DNA from: Nitrosomonadales bacterium | Lineage (GTDB): Bacteria; Pseudomonadota; Gammaproteobacteria; Burkholderiales; Gallionellaceae | NCBI GenBank assembly: GCA_016223025.1 | Contig: JACRPU010000021.1 | Location: 14,380 to 78,379 of the forward strand | Direction of reading: 5' to 3' | DNA: 64,000 bases | Part shown: positions 29,123-39,217 of the stretch, one piece after another | How the letters are laid out: each line of letters starts with the position of its first letter | Numbering within the stretch: the stretch's first letter is position 1 | Notes under the pieces: model-generated | The model's database searches: none | What the model saw: only the letters and a program-made list of their open reading frames with translations | Told to the model about the DNA's origin: nothing | Translations under genes and position numbers: made by a program

Positions 29123-30008
29123 CCGGCAATGCCCATTCCAGTGATTTCGCCGCAGTTACCCGCTTGAAATTCCGGCAGTTCACGTCTGCGCCGAGCCATT
29201 TCCCCAACTGTGCCAGATCGCGGTCAAACTCCGCCTCCAACCGGCCGCGAGCCTCTTCGCCCAGGGCAGGGCGTTCCCGCATGCGCAATTTCATCTTGAT
29301 CGCATCGCGCAGGCTTTGCGGTATGAAGCGGCGGCGAAACCAGGTTGCCGGGGCGGAATCAACCAGCAGCCCGTACAGCGGAAATTTTCGGATACGCTCG
29401 CTGGAGACATTGTCCGGCTCCATATCCTTCACCCAGGCCGGCTGGCCCCGATAACCGATAAACCGGCAGATGCGCTCCAGCTCCGACTGGGGTTCATGAA
29501 CCAGGCGGTCGAAAAATACCGGCAACACGGCAGCGCGGCCAAAAGTGGCGAAATAGGGCTCAAGCTGCATGGCATAGCGGCCATAGGCGATCAACTCGGG
29601 ATATTGTTTTACCGCTTGCTCGATGCCGCAGTGATAAATTCCCGTGCTCCATTCATGCATGTAGTGAGAAACCAGGCGGTCCACCGGGTGGCGCATCACA
29701 TATACAAAGCGCGCATCGGGTAGATGTTCCTTCAAACGATCAACGGCATCGGGATGGGTGGGAAGCTTGGTGTAATGTGTGCTGGCCTCGCCCAGCAGGC
29801 TGCCTTGTGGCGCGCCGGCAAACAGGCCCGAATACCACGCCATGCCTCTGGCATACTGATCGGTGTCGCTGAAAAAGTTTGGCTCCTTCGGGATGCACAT
29901 GAATATGCCCGGCTGCACGGCCAGTTGCTTTTGCAGCGATGAAGTCGCCGACTTCATCGCACCGACGATGACGAAATCCGGCAAACGCAAACCAGGTTCT
30001 TTGTTCAT
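29115..30008 (-). CDS. Sulfotransferase family protein
   Basis: The ATG at 30008 overlaps the upstream stop (ATGA). PDFVIVGAMKSATSSL is the PAPS 5'-phosphosulfate binding loop, and a RHPVDRLVSHY region follows. Confidence 0.8.
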   Translation of the reverse strand: MNKEPGLRLPDFVIVGAMKSATSSLQKQLAVQPGIFMCIPKEPNFFSDTDQYARGMAWYSGLFAGAPQGSLLGEASTHYTKLPTHPDAVDRLKEHLPDARFVYVMRHPVDRLVSHYMHEWSTGIYHCGIEQAVKQYPELIAYGRYAMQLEPYFATFGRAAVLPVFFDRLVHEPQSELERICRFIGYRGQPAWVKDMEPDNVSSERIRKFPLYGLLVDSAPATWFRRRFIPQSLRDAIKMKLRMRERPALGEEARGRLEAEFDRDLAQLGKWLGADVNCRNFKRVTAAKSLEWALPDD

Positions 30009-30982
30009 GGGTTGGGCGGGGTATAGTGTTTTAGCGGATTGTGCCAGTTTGTCCAGATATCCAGCCATTGCCCTTCAATGGCCCCCTTGTCTGATCGCCC
30101 GAGCAATTGCCGGATCCCGGATACCGACCGCCCCGCCCACCACAGCAGGTTCGCGCTCATCATGCCAAACCAGCCGGAGGCCTGGTAATAGTATCGGGTG
30201 CGGGACTCGTAGAAATATCTGGGTACCCGTTTCTTTAATCGGGTCTGTTTTTTGACCGGCGAGCTTCCGCCGCGCAGATGCACGACCCGTGCATCGGGAT
30301 TATGCACGATCTCCCATCCGGCCTTGCGGGCGCGGCGGCAAAATTCCACATCCTCAAAATACATGAAATACCCCTCGTCCAGAAGGCCGACCTGCTGAAA
30401 CACTTCATCCGTCACCAGCACGCAGGCAAAACTGGTCCACTGGGGTCGCGCGATTTGTGTCTGCACCGGCAAGGCCACGATGTAACGGCTGAAACACCTG
30501 GAAATCAAGCCGGTTTGGGCGGCGGCGATCAGTTCGCTGAATGGGGTAGGGAACCGGAAACAGCTTTCCTGCCCGACGCCGTCCGGCCATTCGAGGCGCG
30601 GGCTGACCAGACCGGCCTCGGGGAAGCGCGTTGCGGTATCCAGAATGATCCGTATCGCTCCCGGGCGAATCAGGGTATCGCTGTTCAATAACAAATAATA
30701 ACGGGCATTGCAGGATTTGATCCCGATATTGTTGCCGGAAGCGAACCCGGAATTGTGTTCCGACTGAACAAAAAGAACTTTGTTGACAGCGTCATGCTGC
30801 GCCAGCCACGCTCGGATAATTTCGGGCGAGTTATCCGCCGAATGGTTATCCACGATGACGACCCGCGCATCCATGCCATCGAGTTCCGGCAGAAGCGTCG
30901 TCAGGCAGTCAATAACGAACGCCGGCGTGCGGAAATTCACTATGACAACGGATAACTGTGGCGACATCCGCATTGATTCCAT
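30005..30982 (-). CDS. Glycosyltransferase family 2 (rhamnosyltransferase-like)
   Basis: LSVVIVNFRTPAFVIDCL...VVIVDNHSADNS. Start ambiguous (30982, 30973 or 30967). Confidence 0.8.
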   Translation of the reverse strand: MESMRMSPQLSVVIVNFRTPAFVIDCLTTLLPELDGMDARVVIVDNHSADNSPEIIRAWLAQHDAVNKVLFVQSEHNSGFASGNNIGIKSCNARYYLLLNSDTLIRPGAIRIILDTATRFPEAGLVSPRLEWPDGVGQESCFRFPTPFSELIAAAQTGLISRCFSRYIVALPVQTQIARPQWTSFACVLVTDEVFQQVGLLDEGYFMYFEDVEFCRRARKAGWEIVHNPDARVVHLRGGSSPVKKQTRLKKRVPRYFYESRTRYYYQASGWFGMMSANLLWWAGRSVSGIRQLLGRSDKGAIEGQWLDIWTNWHNPLKHYTPPNP

Positions 30983-31011
30983 GCATATCCCGATATTTCA
31001 ACGACAGGCCC

Positions 31012-31180
31012 TAACGGGCATGTCGAGTAGCCACCCCTGATTATGAAACTCGCCATGCCCGTTTCCCTCACCCGTGCGTGGCTGTTGCCGCTTCAGCGGC
31101 TTTACAGCCACGGCCTGCCCCTTGCGGGTGCAACCCTCCCCCGCTGGCGGGAGAGGGGGCAAACGAATCGCTGCGCGAGA
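31012..31180 (-). mobile_element. Family B element, copy 3 with an extra nested hairpin insertion and an altered end
   Basis: TAACGGGCATGTCGAGTAGCCACCCCTGATTATGAAACTCGCCATGCCCGTTTCCCTCACCC, plus an inserted CGTGGCTGT...ACAGCCACG hairpin, then CCCGCTGGCGGGAGAGGGGGC...GCTGCGCGAG. Confidence 0.7.
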
Positions 31181-31231
31181 TTATGGTGGCATCACGCGCA
31201 ACGGTTTCTTGCGAGCATAGCTGTTCTAACG

Positions 31232-32563
31232 CTAAATCCGGGTAAGGGCGGGCCAGGCCTGCACCACGACCAACACCGAAACGGCAAGGAGTATCAGGTC
31301 GAGCTTGGGCTGCCATAATCCATTGCGGAACATCACGCAGGCATACAAAGGGTACACTACCCAGTTGGCCGCTGCCACACCCATCACGAGACCGCTTCCC
31401 CCGCCGAGGCGGTATCCGATAAACATCACGCTGAACTGGCATACGACCTGAATGGCGGTCAACAGCGTCGAGGTGGCAACCTTGCCCAGCGCCATCAATA
31501 CGCCCGCATAAGACCCCCACACACAAGCGGCGAGCAATCCGGCGGCGAGCTGCTCCAGCATGAGCCCCGAACCGTGATAACGCTCATCGTATAGTATTTC
31601 CATAACCTGAGAGCCAAAGAAGATGAATAGTACTGACAGGCTCAAACTGGGCAAAATCAGCAGCAACCGCGACTTGAACAGGACTGCCATGAAGTTTTTC
31701 GGGTTGCTGCGATAAGCCTCGGAATAGGCAGGAAAAAACACGCCCCACGCCAATTGCTGCATGGCCTGCCAGAACACGAGGTTCATGGTGCTCGCCAATG
31801 TAAACAGGGCCAGTTGGCGCATGTCAAGCAAAGCGCCGATTACCAGGCGCGCGCCCTCCAGCGACAGGAAAGTAAGGCCGGAACTTAACAGTATCCAGCG
31901 TCCAAACCCGATTAAATGATCGAGCGCACCGCGATCCCAGGCAAACTGATTCCTTATGCCACGCAGCAACAAATGGCTCGCAAACATTTTCAGGCTGGTT
32001 GTAATAACATGGCCCCAAACCAGCGCCCAAACTGAACGCTGTAGCCAGGCAAGATATACCGTGACGAGCAGCCCGATCGAGGAAGCGGCAACGTCAATCT
32101 GCGCAACCCGCGCCACCGCCAGATTGCGTTGCGCGCTGTACAGTTTGGTGGAGTTAAAGCCCTGGATAATTGCGCTCAATCCAACAACGGGGATCATGCC
32201 GGCAAGCAACGGCTCCCCATAAAGCTTGGCCAGGGGCAACGCCAGCGCGCAAAGCCCTCCCCAAACGAGAACGCCCCGCGCGATCTGGACGGTCCACGCC
32301 GTATTCAGGAAAACCGGATCGTTTCCCTGGTTCTTCTGGATAATCGAAGGGCCGATTCCCATATCGGTAAGCATATGCACGCCAAAGATCACGGCCTGAA
32401 CAACCGCCATCAAGCCAAACGCCTCCGGAAACAGCAGGCGCGTAAGAATGAGGTTCCCGCCCAGGCGCAAAGCCTGGTTTACGCCATATCCCGCCAGGGA
32501 CCAGGAACCGGACTGCAGGACACGCTGCTTGAGGGTGAGTGCGGGTTTTGATGAGGTTGGCAT
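31232..32563 (-). CDS. Polysaccharide/O-unit flippase (Wzx-like, MOP superfamily)
   Basis: 443 aa with about 12 or more TM segments. N-terminus ...SGSWSLAGYGVNQALRLGGNLILTRLLFPEAFG is typical of PST-family flippases. Confidence 0.75.
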   Translation of the reverse strand: MPTSSKPALTLKQRVLQSGSWSLAGYGVNQALRLGGNLILTRLLFPEAFGLMAVVQAVIFGVHMLTDMGIGPSIIQKNQGNDPVFLNTAWTVQIARGVLVWGGLCALALPLAKLYGEPLLAGMIPVVGLSAIIQGFNSTKLYSAQRNLAVARVAQIDVAASSIGLLVTVYLAWLQRSVWALVWGHVITTSLKMFASHLLLRGIRNQFAWDRGALDHLIGFGRWILLSSGLTFLSLEGARLVIGALLDMRQLALFTLASTMNLVFWQAMQQLAWGVFFPAYSEAYRSNPKNFMAVLFKSRLLLILPSLSLSVLFIFFGSQVMEILYDERYHGSGLMLEQLAAGLLAACVWGSYAGVLMALGKVATSTLLTAIQVVCQFSVMFIGYRLGGGSGLVMGVAAANWVVYPLYACVMFRNGLWQPKLDLILLAVSVLVVVQAWPALTRI

Positions 32564-32693
32564 TTATTTGAGGCGCTGGCGCGGCTAAGGTGCGGCCCTG
32601 TCACGGTCCGGCTGAATTTCGGGCAGGGCGCGCGAAGGATACGTTTTATAATGAAATACTATGCGAGCCACCTGAGACCACAGCAAATCTGAT

Positions 32694-34175
32694 ATGCCGC
32701 CATATATTGTTGTTCTCGTCCTTGCAATGGCCGTCTTTGTTACTGTTTACCGGCATGCCTTGGTTTTTACGGAGGCGGGGAATCTTACACGAAGACGGAA
32801 TCTTTGGCTCGCTTTGACGCTTTTGGCCTTCCTGGCGCCCAACTTCTGGGTGTACACATTCATCGCCATTCCGTTGCTGGTTTTCGCGAACAAACGCGAA
32901 CCTCATCCGGCTGCACTGTATTTCTTCATCCTGTTTGTGCTTCCCACAAGTGAAATTGTAGTCCCCGGAATGGGTGTGGTTGATTTTCTTTTCAGGCTTT
33001 CCCCTCCCAGACTGCTGGCGCTGTTCATTCTGTTTCCGGCATTTATTGCCCTGCGACGGCAAAGCGATTCCCTTCCCTTTGGGCGGACCGGGGCTGACAG
33101 GATGATTGCCGCCTATCTCTTTCTTGCAGTTGCACTGTTACTGCGCGATACCAATCCAACGAATGCCTTGCGCAATGCCTTTTACCTGTTCGTGGATGTA
33201 TTTCTGCCCTATTTTGTCTTTAGCCGCTCGCTGAAGAATATGCAAGCCTTCCGCGATGTGATATTGAGTTTCGTGGTGGCTGTCATGACCCTTGCCTTGA
33301 TCGCCGTTTTCGAGATATCCAAGCACTGGCTGCTCTACAGGGAACTGGATGGCAAACTTGGGCTGGAAGCAATTGGAGGGGGCTATCTTGAGCGCGAAGA
33401 AATGGCCAGGGCCGTTGCTTCAGCCTCCCAACCCCTCGCTTTGGGTTTTATCCTTGCGGTAGGAACGGGCTTTTATCTGTTCCTGCAACGATTCATCCAG
33501 CAAGCGCTCATCCGACAGCTTGGAATGGTGCTGCTGATTGCCGGATTAATTGCCCCTTTGTCGCGCGGCCCGTGGGTAGGTGCGGCGGTGTTACTGCTCG
33601 TTTTCTTTGCCACCGGACGCAACCCGGTACGCCGCGTGATGGCCTTTGCGCTTGCTGCGATGCTCACTTTTTCTTTGATAGCCGCGCTTCCCGGGGGCGA
33701 AAAGATAATTAACCTGTTGCCCTATATCGGTGAGACCGAAAAAGCAAACATCGAATACCGCGAGCAACTATTCACCAATTCGATGATCGTGATCCAGCGC
33801 TACCCGTGGTTCGGCTCCGACAATTACCTCGAAACACCAGAAATGGAGGCCATGCGCCAGGGCCAGGGCATCATAGACATCGTCAACAGTTACCTCCGCG
33901 TAACCCTGAGATCCGGGCTCGTGGGACTCGGCTTGTTTGTCGGGTTCTTTGCCCTGGTGCTCTCTGGCATATACCGGGCCATGCGCTCGATTCCGGACAG
34001 GGACAGCGAAGGATATCTGCTTGGCAGGGTGTTGCTGTCCACGTTGCTGGGTATTCTGGTAACCATCGCTACCGTGAGCAGCATTGGGTTTGTTCCGCTG
34101 GTGTACTGGCCCGTTGCAGGAATGGGGGCGGCATATGTCCAAATGGTGCGGAAGCAGATGGCAGCCGGGAATTAA
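32694..34175 (+). CDS. O-antigen ligase/polymerase-like membrane protein (Wzy_C-type)
   Basis: 493 aa polytopic protein. The LIAPLSRGPWVGAAV loop resembles the Wzy_C motif. Visibly lower GC. Confidence 0.6.
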   Translation: MPPYIVVLVLAMAVFVTVYRHALVFTEAGNLTRRRNLWLALTLLAFLAPNFWVYTFIAIPLLVFANKREPHPAALYFFILFVLPTSEIVVPGMGVVDFLFRLSPPRLLALFILFPAFIALRRQSDSLPFGRTGADRMIAAYLFLAVALLLRDTNPTNALRNAFYLFVDVFLPYFVFSRSLKNMQAFRDVILSFVVAVMTLALIAVFEISKHWLLYRELDGKLGLEAIGGGYLEREEMARAVASASQPLALGFILAVGTGFYLFLQRFIQQALIRQLGMVLLIAGLIAPLSRGPWVGAAVLLLVFFATGRNPVRRVMAFALAAMLTFSLIAALPGGEKIINLLPYIGETEKANIEYREQLFTNSMIVIQRYPWFGSDNYLETPEMEAMRQGQGIIDIVNSYLRVTLRSGLVGLGLFVGFFALVLSGIYRAMRSIPDRDSEGYLLGRVLLSTLLGILVTIATVSSIGFVPLVYWPVAGMGAAYVQMVRKQMAAGN

Positions 34176-34278
34176 GCGCCGCCCAGAAAATTTCTGCATT
34201 CGCAGAAGGGCCTTCATTTTACGTTGCGAGAACTTTGCTGCGCTGGTTTTGCCGCGAGTTCGTGTGCGCGGAAGCCAA

Positions 34279-35361
34279 TCAACGCGCTGCCCAGAAGAGC
34301 AGTTTACGCGGTGGCACAAAAAGCCATTTAAGGCCAAGTTTCGGCGCCAAAACTGCCACCAGTAACGGCACACCAACGCCAAAGAGCATCCCTAGCGCAA
34401 GATGCAGGCTAACATCGGTTATTCCAAAGAGTTTCTGCAGCACAATCCGGATACCGCCTGAGCATATGGTATGAACCAGATAGATTTCCATTGAGTGGCG
34501 GCCGAGAAATGCCAGCCACCGCATTTCAAATCTTGCCAGCAAGCGGCATGAGGCCATGACGAAAGCGATCCCGGAAAATGCGAGCAGCAGACGGAACTGC
34601 TCGCCACCGTTGCCCAAATTGTCGGGCAAGCCATGAAATAGGTATTGGCTTCCCACGAATACCAAAGCAGCCAACAAGAATATCAACAGCGCCCGATATT
34701 GGGCCGCATCGCCGCGAAACAGTAAGCTGCTGGCGCTGACACCGAGAGCAAAAAAGACAAAGCTCCTGCCGAATAAATTAATCGTGTGGTAATTGATGGA
34801 AGGCAAACCAGAAAAATACAGAATCACCGCCAAGGCCAGGATCGCCGTTGACCAGTAGATATCGTTTCGGCGATACAAAGCTGCTGAAGCCAGGTATATG
34901 AAGAACAGTGTGTAAAGAAACCAGAACTGGGCGCGAGGCAACCACAGCAATGACAGCACCTGCCCAAGCGTGGCAGCACCATTGGTAAAGTCCGCGAGCG
35001 CAACCTCTATCAACCCCTGGACCAATGACCAGATGATATAGGGGTAGAAAACCACTTCAAATTTGTTTTCGATCAGCTTGCGGCCACCGCGCCTCGCCAG
35101 CGACCCGGGGAATAACGCTCCTGAAAGAAAGAAAAACAGTGGCATGTGAAAGCTGTAAATGACACTTTCTATCAGCTCGTGCCATTCTCTGTCCATGGGA
35201 AGCTTTGCGCTTAGTAAGCCATGTGCCACATGACCATATACGACCAAGAGAATGCCGATTCCCTTGGCATAATCAAATACGATGTTTCGCTCAATGATCA
35301 AGTTCAGGTTTGCCCGTGGTGGGAAATAGGCTTTCTGTGAACTATCCCCAGTGTCACGCAT
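34279..35361 (-). CDS. Membrane acyltransferase family 3
   Basis: NIVFDYAKGIGILLVVYGHV start motif and about 10 TM segments. An alternative TTG start at 35301 would remove the overlap with the upstream gene. Confidence 0.7.
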   Translation of the reverse strand: MRDTGDSSQKAYFPPRANLNLIIERNIVFDYAKGIGILLVVYGHVAHGLLSAKLPMDREWHELIESVIYSFHMPLFFFLSGALFPGSLARRGGRKLIENKFEVVFYPYIIWSLVQGLIEVALADFTNGAATLGQVLSLLWLPRAQFWFLYTLFFIYLASAALYRRNDIYWSTAILALAVILYFSGLPSINYHTINLFGRSFVFFALGVSASSLLFRGDAAQYRALLIFLLAALVFVGSQYLFHGLPDNLGNGGEQFRLLLAFSGIAFVMASCRLLARFEMRWLAFLGRHSMEIYLVHTICSGGIRIVLQKLFGITDVSLHLALGMLFGVGVPLLVAVLAPKLGLKWLFVPPRKLLFWAAR

Positions 35362-36233
35362 TCGATATTTTTTTTATCCAGCCCCTCATATTTCTTGTTA
35401 ACTCTCACGCGGACTGGCTGGAACAGGGATTCTTCTTCCACCAATTCAAATCCTGCCTGGCTGAAAAGATTCAACCACTCTTCCCGCTGCACCCGGTTGA
35501 AATACTGGACATCGTTTTCAAAGCAGAGCTTCCACGCGGCATCCGAATATTTCAGGTAATTCTTTTTGCAAACGCTCTGATCGTAAATTTCGAGATGGTC
35601 TGTGAGGTCAATTGTTATGAAAGAGTAGCCGCCGGGTTTCAGCAAGCGATAAATATCCTTGATATATTCGGGAAGGATTGCCTGGTCAATGTGTTCAAAG
35701 ACATTGCAGCTGAAACAGGCGTCATAGGTTTCCGGTCCGAGTTTGCGAAGCGTTCCGGTCGGCTCGATCACATACCGAAACCCCAGCAAGTCGTATAAGC
35801 CGGCAAATGAATGCGCCGTTACAATTGCCTCCAGCAGTTTTCGCGCTTCCTTGTGCCTGGGTGAGGATATTCCTATTTCATTATCGAAAACATCGCAAAG
35901 CCCGGAAGCGTAGGCTTTGTACGCCTGGAATTGCCGGTTATCCCAAACGTCGAACAGCGTGAATTCTGCATTGTAGAATAGCCTCAATACCGTTGACTCC
36001 CAATGAACCCACCCTGTTCCCAGCTCGATTAGCTTGGCGCCTTCTTGCGGGATATTGTATTTCTCGAAAATGCTCAATATCCGCTTTGCGCGATATACAT
36101 AGCTTGCGGGAAGACCGGCTTTCGCACGGCTTCTTGCCCCGACGGTGTTCCCCAGAAAACGGTACATCTTTTTTGTCTGGGGCGACAACGAGAATATTTT
36201 CAGTGCACATGCGGTTGCGAGGTATTTGATCAT
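35304..36233 (-). CDS. Class I SAM-dependent methyltransferase
   Basis: 309 aa. LIELGTGWVHW (motif I-like) and LLKPGGYSFITID. Low GC. Confidence 0.65.
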   Translation of the reverse strand: MIKYLATACALKIFSLSPQTKKMYRFLGNTVGARSRAKAGLPASYVYRAKRILSIFEKYNIPQEGAKLIELGTGWVHWESTVLRLFYNAEFTLFDVWDNRQFQAYKAYASGLCDVFDNEIGISSPRHKEARKLLEAIVTAHSFAGLYDLLGFRYVIEPTGTLRKLGPETYDACFSCNVFEHIDQAILPEYIKDIYRLLKPGGYSFITIDLTDHLEIYDQSVCKKNYLKYSDAAWKLCFENDVQYFNRVQREEWLNLFSQAGFELVEEESLFQPVRVRVNKKYEGLDKKNIECVTLGIVHRKPISHHGQT

Positions 36234-36432
36234 TTAGCCTGAAACCCTATGGAATGCTGGAATGCGGCGCGCGCATGTTACCCGCGTCTGCCTCGTTCGG
36301 GCAAGCCCAAGCCTCTTCCAGGTTCATTTGCCCAGGTTCATTTGCGCCGGTTGCTATGTGAGGCAACGGGGGAGCCGGGCACTACGCAGAGATTTTATGT
36401 GGCAGACCGAACCATTCGGCGGAATGCTTCCG

Positions 36433-36948
36433 CTACGCCGGTTCTTGCGCGAGGCGCGCCCGATAAAGCGCGAGGTCGCTCGCCGAGAAACAGCAGAAAA
36501 TCACTTCCTGCAACGAGCGCGGCGTGCGCAGGAATTCCCGCACCGCCGCGACGGCCACGTCTGCGGCCTGCTCCGGCGGATAGCCGTAGACACCGGTGCT
36601 GATGCAGGGAAACGCGATGCTGGCGAGCTGGCGCGAGGCGGCGAGCGCCAGGCTTGCCCGGTAGCAGGAAGCCAGCAGCCCCGCTTCATTTTTCGTGCCG
36701 CCATGCCAGACCGGGCCGACGGTATGGATGACGAACTTCGCCGGCAGCCTGTAACCGTGCGTGAGCCTGGCCTGGCCGGTCGGGCAGCCTCCCAGGGAGC
36801 GGCATTCCTGCAACAGCTCCGGCCCGGCCGCGCGGTGGATGGCGCCATCCACGCCGCCGCCCCCCAGCAGGGAAGAATTCGCCGCGTTGACGATGGCGTC
36901 AACCTTCAGCCGGGTGATGTCGCCCTGGAGCGCTCGCAGCATGGTCAT
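36433..36948 (-). CDS. ymdB: Macro-domain O-acetyl-ADP-ribose deacetylase
   Basis: 171 aa. [30 protein letters not shown] and [12 protein letters not shown] motifs. Confidence 0.85.
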   Translation of the reverse strand: MTMLRALQGDITRLKVDAIVNAANSSLLGGGGVDGAIHRAAGPELLQECRSLGGCPTGQARLTHGYRLPAKFVIHTVGPVWHGGTKNEAGLLASCYRASLALAASRQLASIAFPCISTGVYGYPPEQAADVAVAAVREFLRTPRSLQEVIFCCFSASDLALYRARLAQEPA

Positions 36949-38381
36949 GGACAGCCCTCATGAAAAATTTCTCCGGCGCATTGTATTCCGCTCATCACCG
37001 CGCTTTCCAGCGTGGCCGGGTAATCGCCCGCCGTGTAGTCCCCTGCCAGCAAGACATTGCTCAGCGGCGTGGTGTGGGCGGGGCGCGCGAGGCCGGGTTC
37101 GCAGGAAAAAGTGGCGCGTTTTTCGGCGATGACCTGGTGCCATAGCGGCATTGCCGTGATGCCGAGTCGCTCGCGCAATTCCTGCACCACTTTCTGCGCG
37201 AGTTGCTCGTGTTCCAATTCCTGGTGCAATCCTTCCGCGCTGATGACGGCGGCAATCAGGCCATGCTGCCCGGCGATTCGCCCCTTGTCGAACAGCCATT
37301 GTGCGAAGCCGCGGTCCAGGCCCAGCATGGGGTGAGGCAAGCGCACGGCCTCGTGGTATTGCAGATAGACGGTGTAGATGGGCTGGAAGGCCAAGGCCGC
37401 AATCTGTGCTGCGACGGGCGCGAGCTGCGGCACGGCGCGGAACAGGCGCGCGGAAGAGGCGGGCGAGGCCGCGCAGATGGCGTGGCTGAACAAATTGGTG
37501 CGTAAAACGCACCCTGCATCCCGCGTGGCAGTTAATTCGATTGTATCGCCATGCGGAACAATGGCTTCCACGCTGCAAGAGGTATGCACCGTGCCGCCGT
37601 GTTGTTTGACATATTCCGCAGCCCTGTCCGGAAACAGTGCGGAAAAATTGACGCGCGGCAACAGGATGTCACTATCCGGGCGTGAACCGTTCAGGCTGTC
37701 ACGCAGCACGTTCAGCAACACTTGCGCGGACGCCTTGCGAACCGGGGTGTTGAGCGCGGCGATGCAGATCGGCTCCCACAGCAGGCGGGCCAGTTCTTCA
37801 TCCTGGTTGTGGGTGCGCAACAGGTCATGCGCAGTCGTGTCGCGCGGCAATATGAACCGTATGCGGCGCAGGGCGAGCATGAAGCGCGCGGCGCTGAACC
37901 GCTGCGCGAACGACAAGCCCTGCGCAGTCAGCAGTCCGGCCAGCATAACCAGCGAGCTGGCTGGCGTTGTTTGCCAGCCTGCTCGAATGGCTAGTTGTTC
38001 TATCAGGTGCAGCGGGGCGGGGAGGTGCGGCGCTTTCAGTTCAAATCGGTTGTGCAGGGTGAGTTGCAGCGGCAGGCGCAGGAAGTCATCTCCGATATTG
38101 CCGCCGACCTGCCCGATGAGTTTCAGCGTGTGGCGGTAGCAGCCGAGCAGGATGTGCTGGCCGTTGTCGAGCTGGGTGCCGTTGTGCCACACGCCGCGCG
38201 CGCGCCCGCCAAGCTGCTTTGCGCTCTCGAATACCGTGACGGGGATGTCCCTGGCGGAGAGCGCGACAGCGGCAGCCATGCCCGCATAGCCGCCGCCGAT
38301 AATGGCCAGATTCAATCCATGATTTTTACGATTGCCCCCTCTCCCTCCGGGGGAGGGTTGGGGATGGGGAGTCGTATTCAA
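36945..38381 (-). CDS. hpnE: Hydroxysqualene dehydroxylase HpnE (FAD amine-oxidase fold)
   Basis: [17 protein letters not shown] Rossmann motif. Follows hpnC and hpnD. The start is uncertain: the first 20 or so codons are a palindromic repeat ([13 protein letters not shown]), and a TTG just before NLAIIGGG is an alternative. Confidence 0.8.
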   Translation of the reverse strand: MNTTPHPQPSPGGRGGNRKNHGLNLAIIGGGYAGMAAAVALSARDIPVTVFESAKQLGGRARGVWHNGTQLDNGQHILLGCYRHTLKLIGQVGGNIGDDFLRLPLQLTLHNRFELKAPHLPAPLHLIEQLAIRAGWQTTPASSLVMLAGLLTAQGLSFAQRFSAARFMLALRRIRFILPRDTTAHDLLRTHNQDEELARLLWEPICIAALNTPVRKASAQVLLNVLRDSLNGSRPDSDILLPRVNFSALFPDRAAEYVKQHGGTVHTSCSVEAIVPHGDTIELTATRDAGCVLRTNLFSHAICAASPASSARLFRAVPQLAPVAAQIAALAFQPIYTVYLQYHEAVRLPHPMLGLDRGFAQWLFDKGRIAGQHGLIAAVISAEGLHQELEHEQLAQKVVQELRERLGITAMPLWHQVIAEKRATFSCEPGLARPAHTTPLSNVLLAGDYTAGDYPATLESAVMSGIQCAGEIFHEGCP

Positions 38382-39211
38382 TTACTGACCCAGGTCTTCC
38401 ACGCCAGCCACAGCTTGCGCAGCGGAGTGAGCGAGATGCGCTCTTTTAGTACATGGCAACCGCTGGCAACGATCTCATCCAGCGTGGCGCGGTAGATCGC
38501 CGCCATGGCGAGGCCGGCGCGCTGCGCCTTGCGGTCTGCCGCAGGCAATTGCTCGAATGCTTGCCGGTAGTAGCTCTGCGCGCGCTCGATCTGGAACTGC
38601 ATCAGCTTCTGGAAGCCCTCGGTTTCGCGCCGGTTCAGGATATCGTCCGGGCTGACGCCGAACCGGTGCAGCTCGTCCAGAGGCAGATAAATGCGCCCGC
38701 GCCGCGCATCTTCGGCCACGTCGCGGATGATGTTGGTGAGCTGGAAAGCCAGCCCAAGATCGTGCGCGTACTGGAGCGTTTTGCGGTCGCCGTAGCCGAA
38801 TATTTCTGCGGCGAGCAGGCCGACCACCGAGGCGACGCGGTAGCAATACAGTTGCAGGGCTTTGAAGTCGTCATAGTGCCGTCGCTGCAAGTCCATTTCC
38901 ATGCCGTCTATGATCTCGATCAGTTGCTCCCCGGGCAGGTTGAATTGCCTGGCTACCGGCGCCAGGGCTTGAGCCACGGGATGCTGCGGCTTGCCTTCGT
39001 ATATCGCCGCCACTTCGCTGCGCCACCATGCCAGCGTGGCACGCGCCACATTTTCGTCCGAGCATTCGTCCACCACATCGTCCACTTCGCGGCAAAAGGC
39101 ATACAGCGCGGTGATGGCGCGGCGCTTGTCCGGCGTCAGAAAAAGGAAGCTGTAGTAGAAGCTGGAGCCGCTTTGGGCGGCTTTGCCCTGGCAGTACTGG
39201 TCGGGGGTCAT
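38378..39211 (-). CDS. hpnD: Presqualene diphosphate synthase HpnD
   Basis: 277 aa. SSFYYSFLFL...ALYAFCREVDDVVD squalene/phytoene synthase motifs. Confidence 0.85.
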   Translation of the reverse strand: MTPDQYCQGKAAQSGSSFYYSFLFLTPDKRRAITALYAFCREVDDVVDECSDENVARATLAWWRSEVAAIYEGKPQHPVAQALAPVARQFNLPGEQLIEIIDGMEMDLQRRHYDDFKALQLYCYRVASVVGLLAAEIFGYGDRKTLQYAHDLGLAFQLTNIIRDVAEDARRGRIYLPLDELHRFGVSPDDILNRRETEGFQKLMQFQIERAQSYYRQAFEQLPAADRKAQRAGLAMAAIYRATLDEIVASGCHVLKERISLTPLRKLWLAWKTWVSN

Positions 39212-39217
39212 TTTGAG

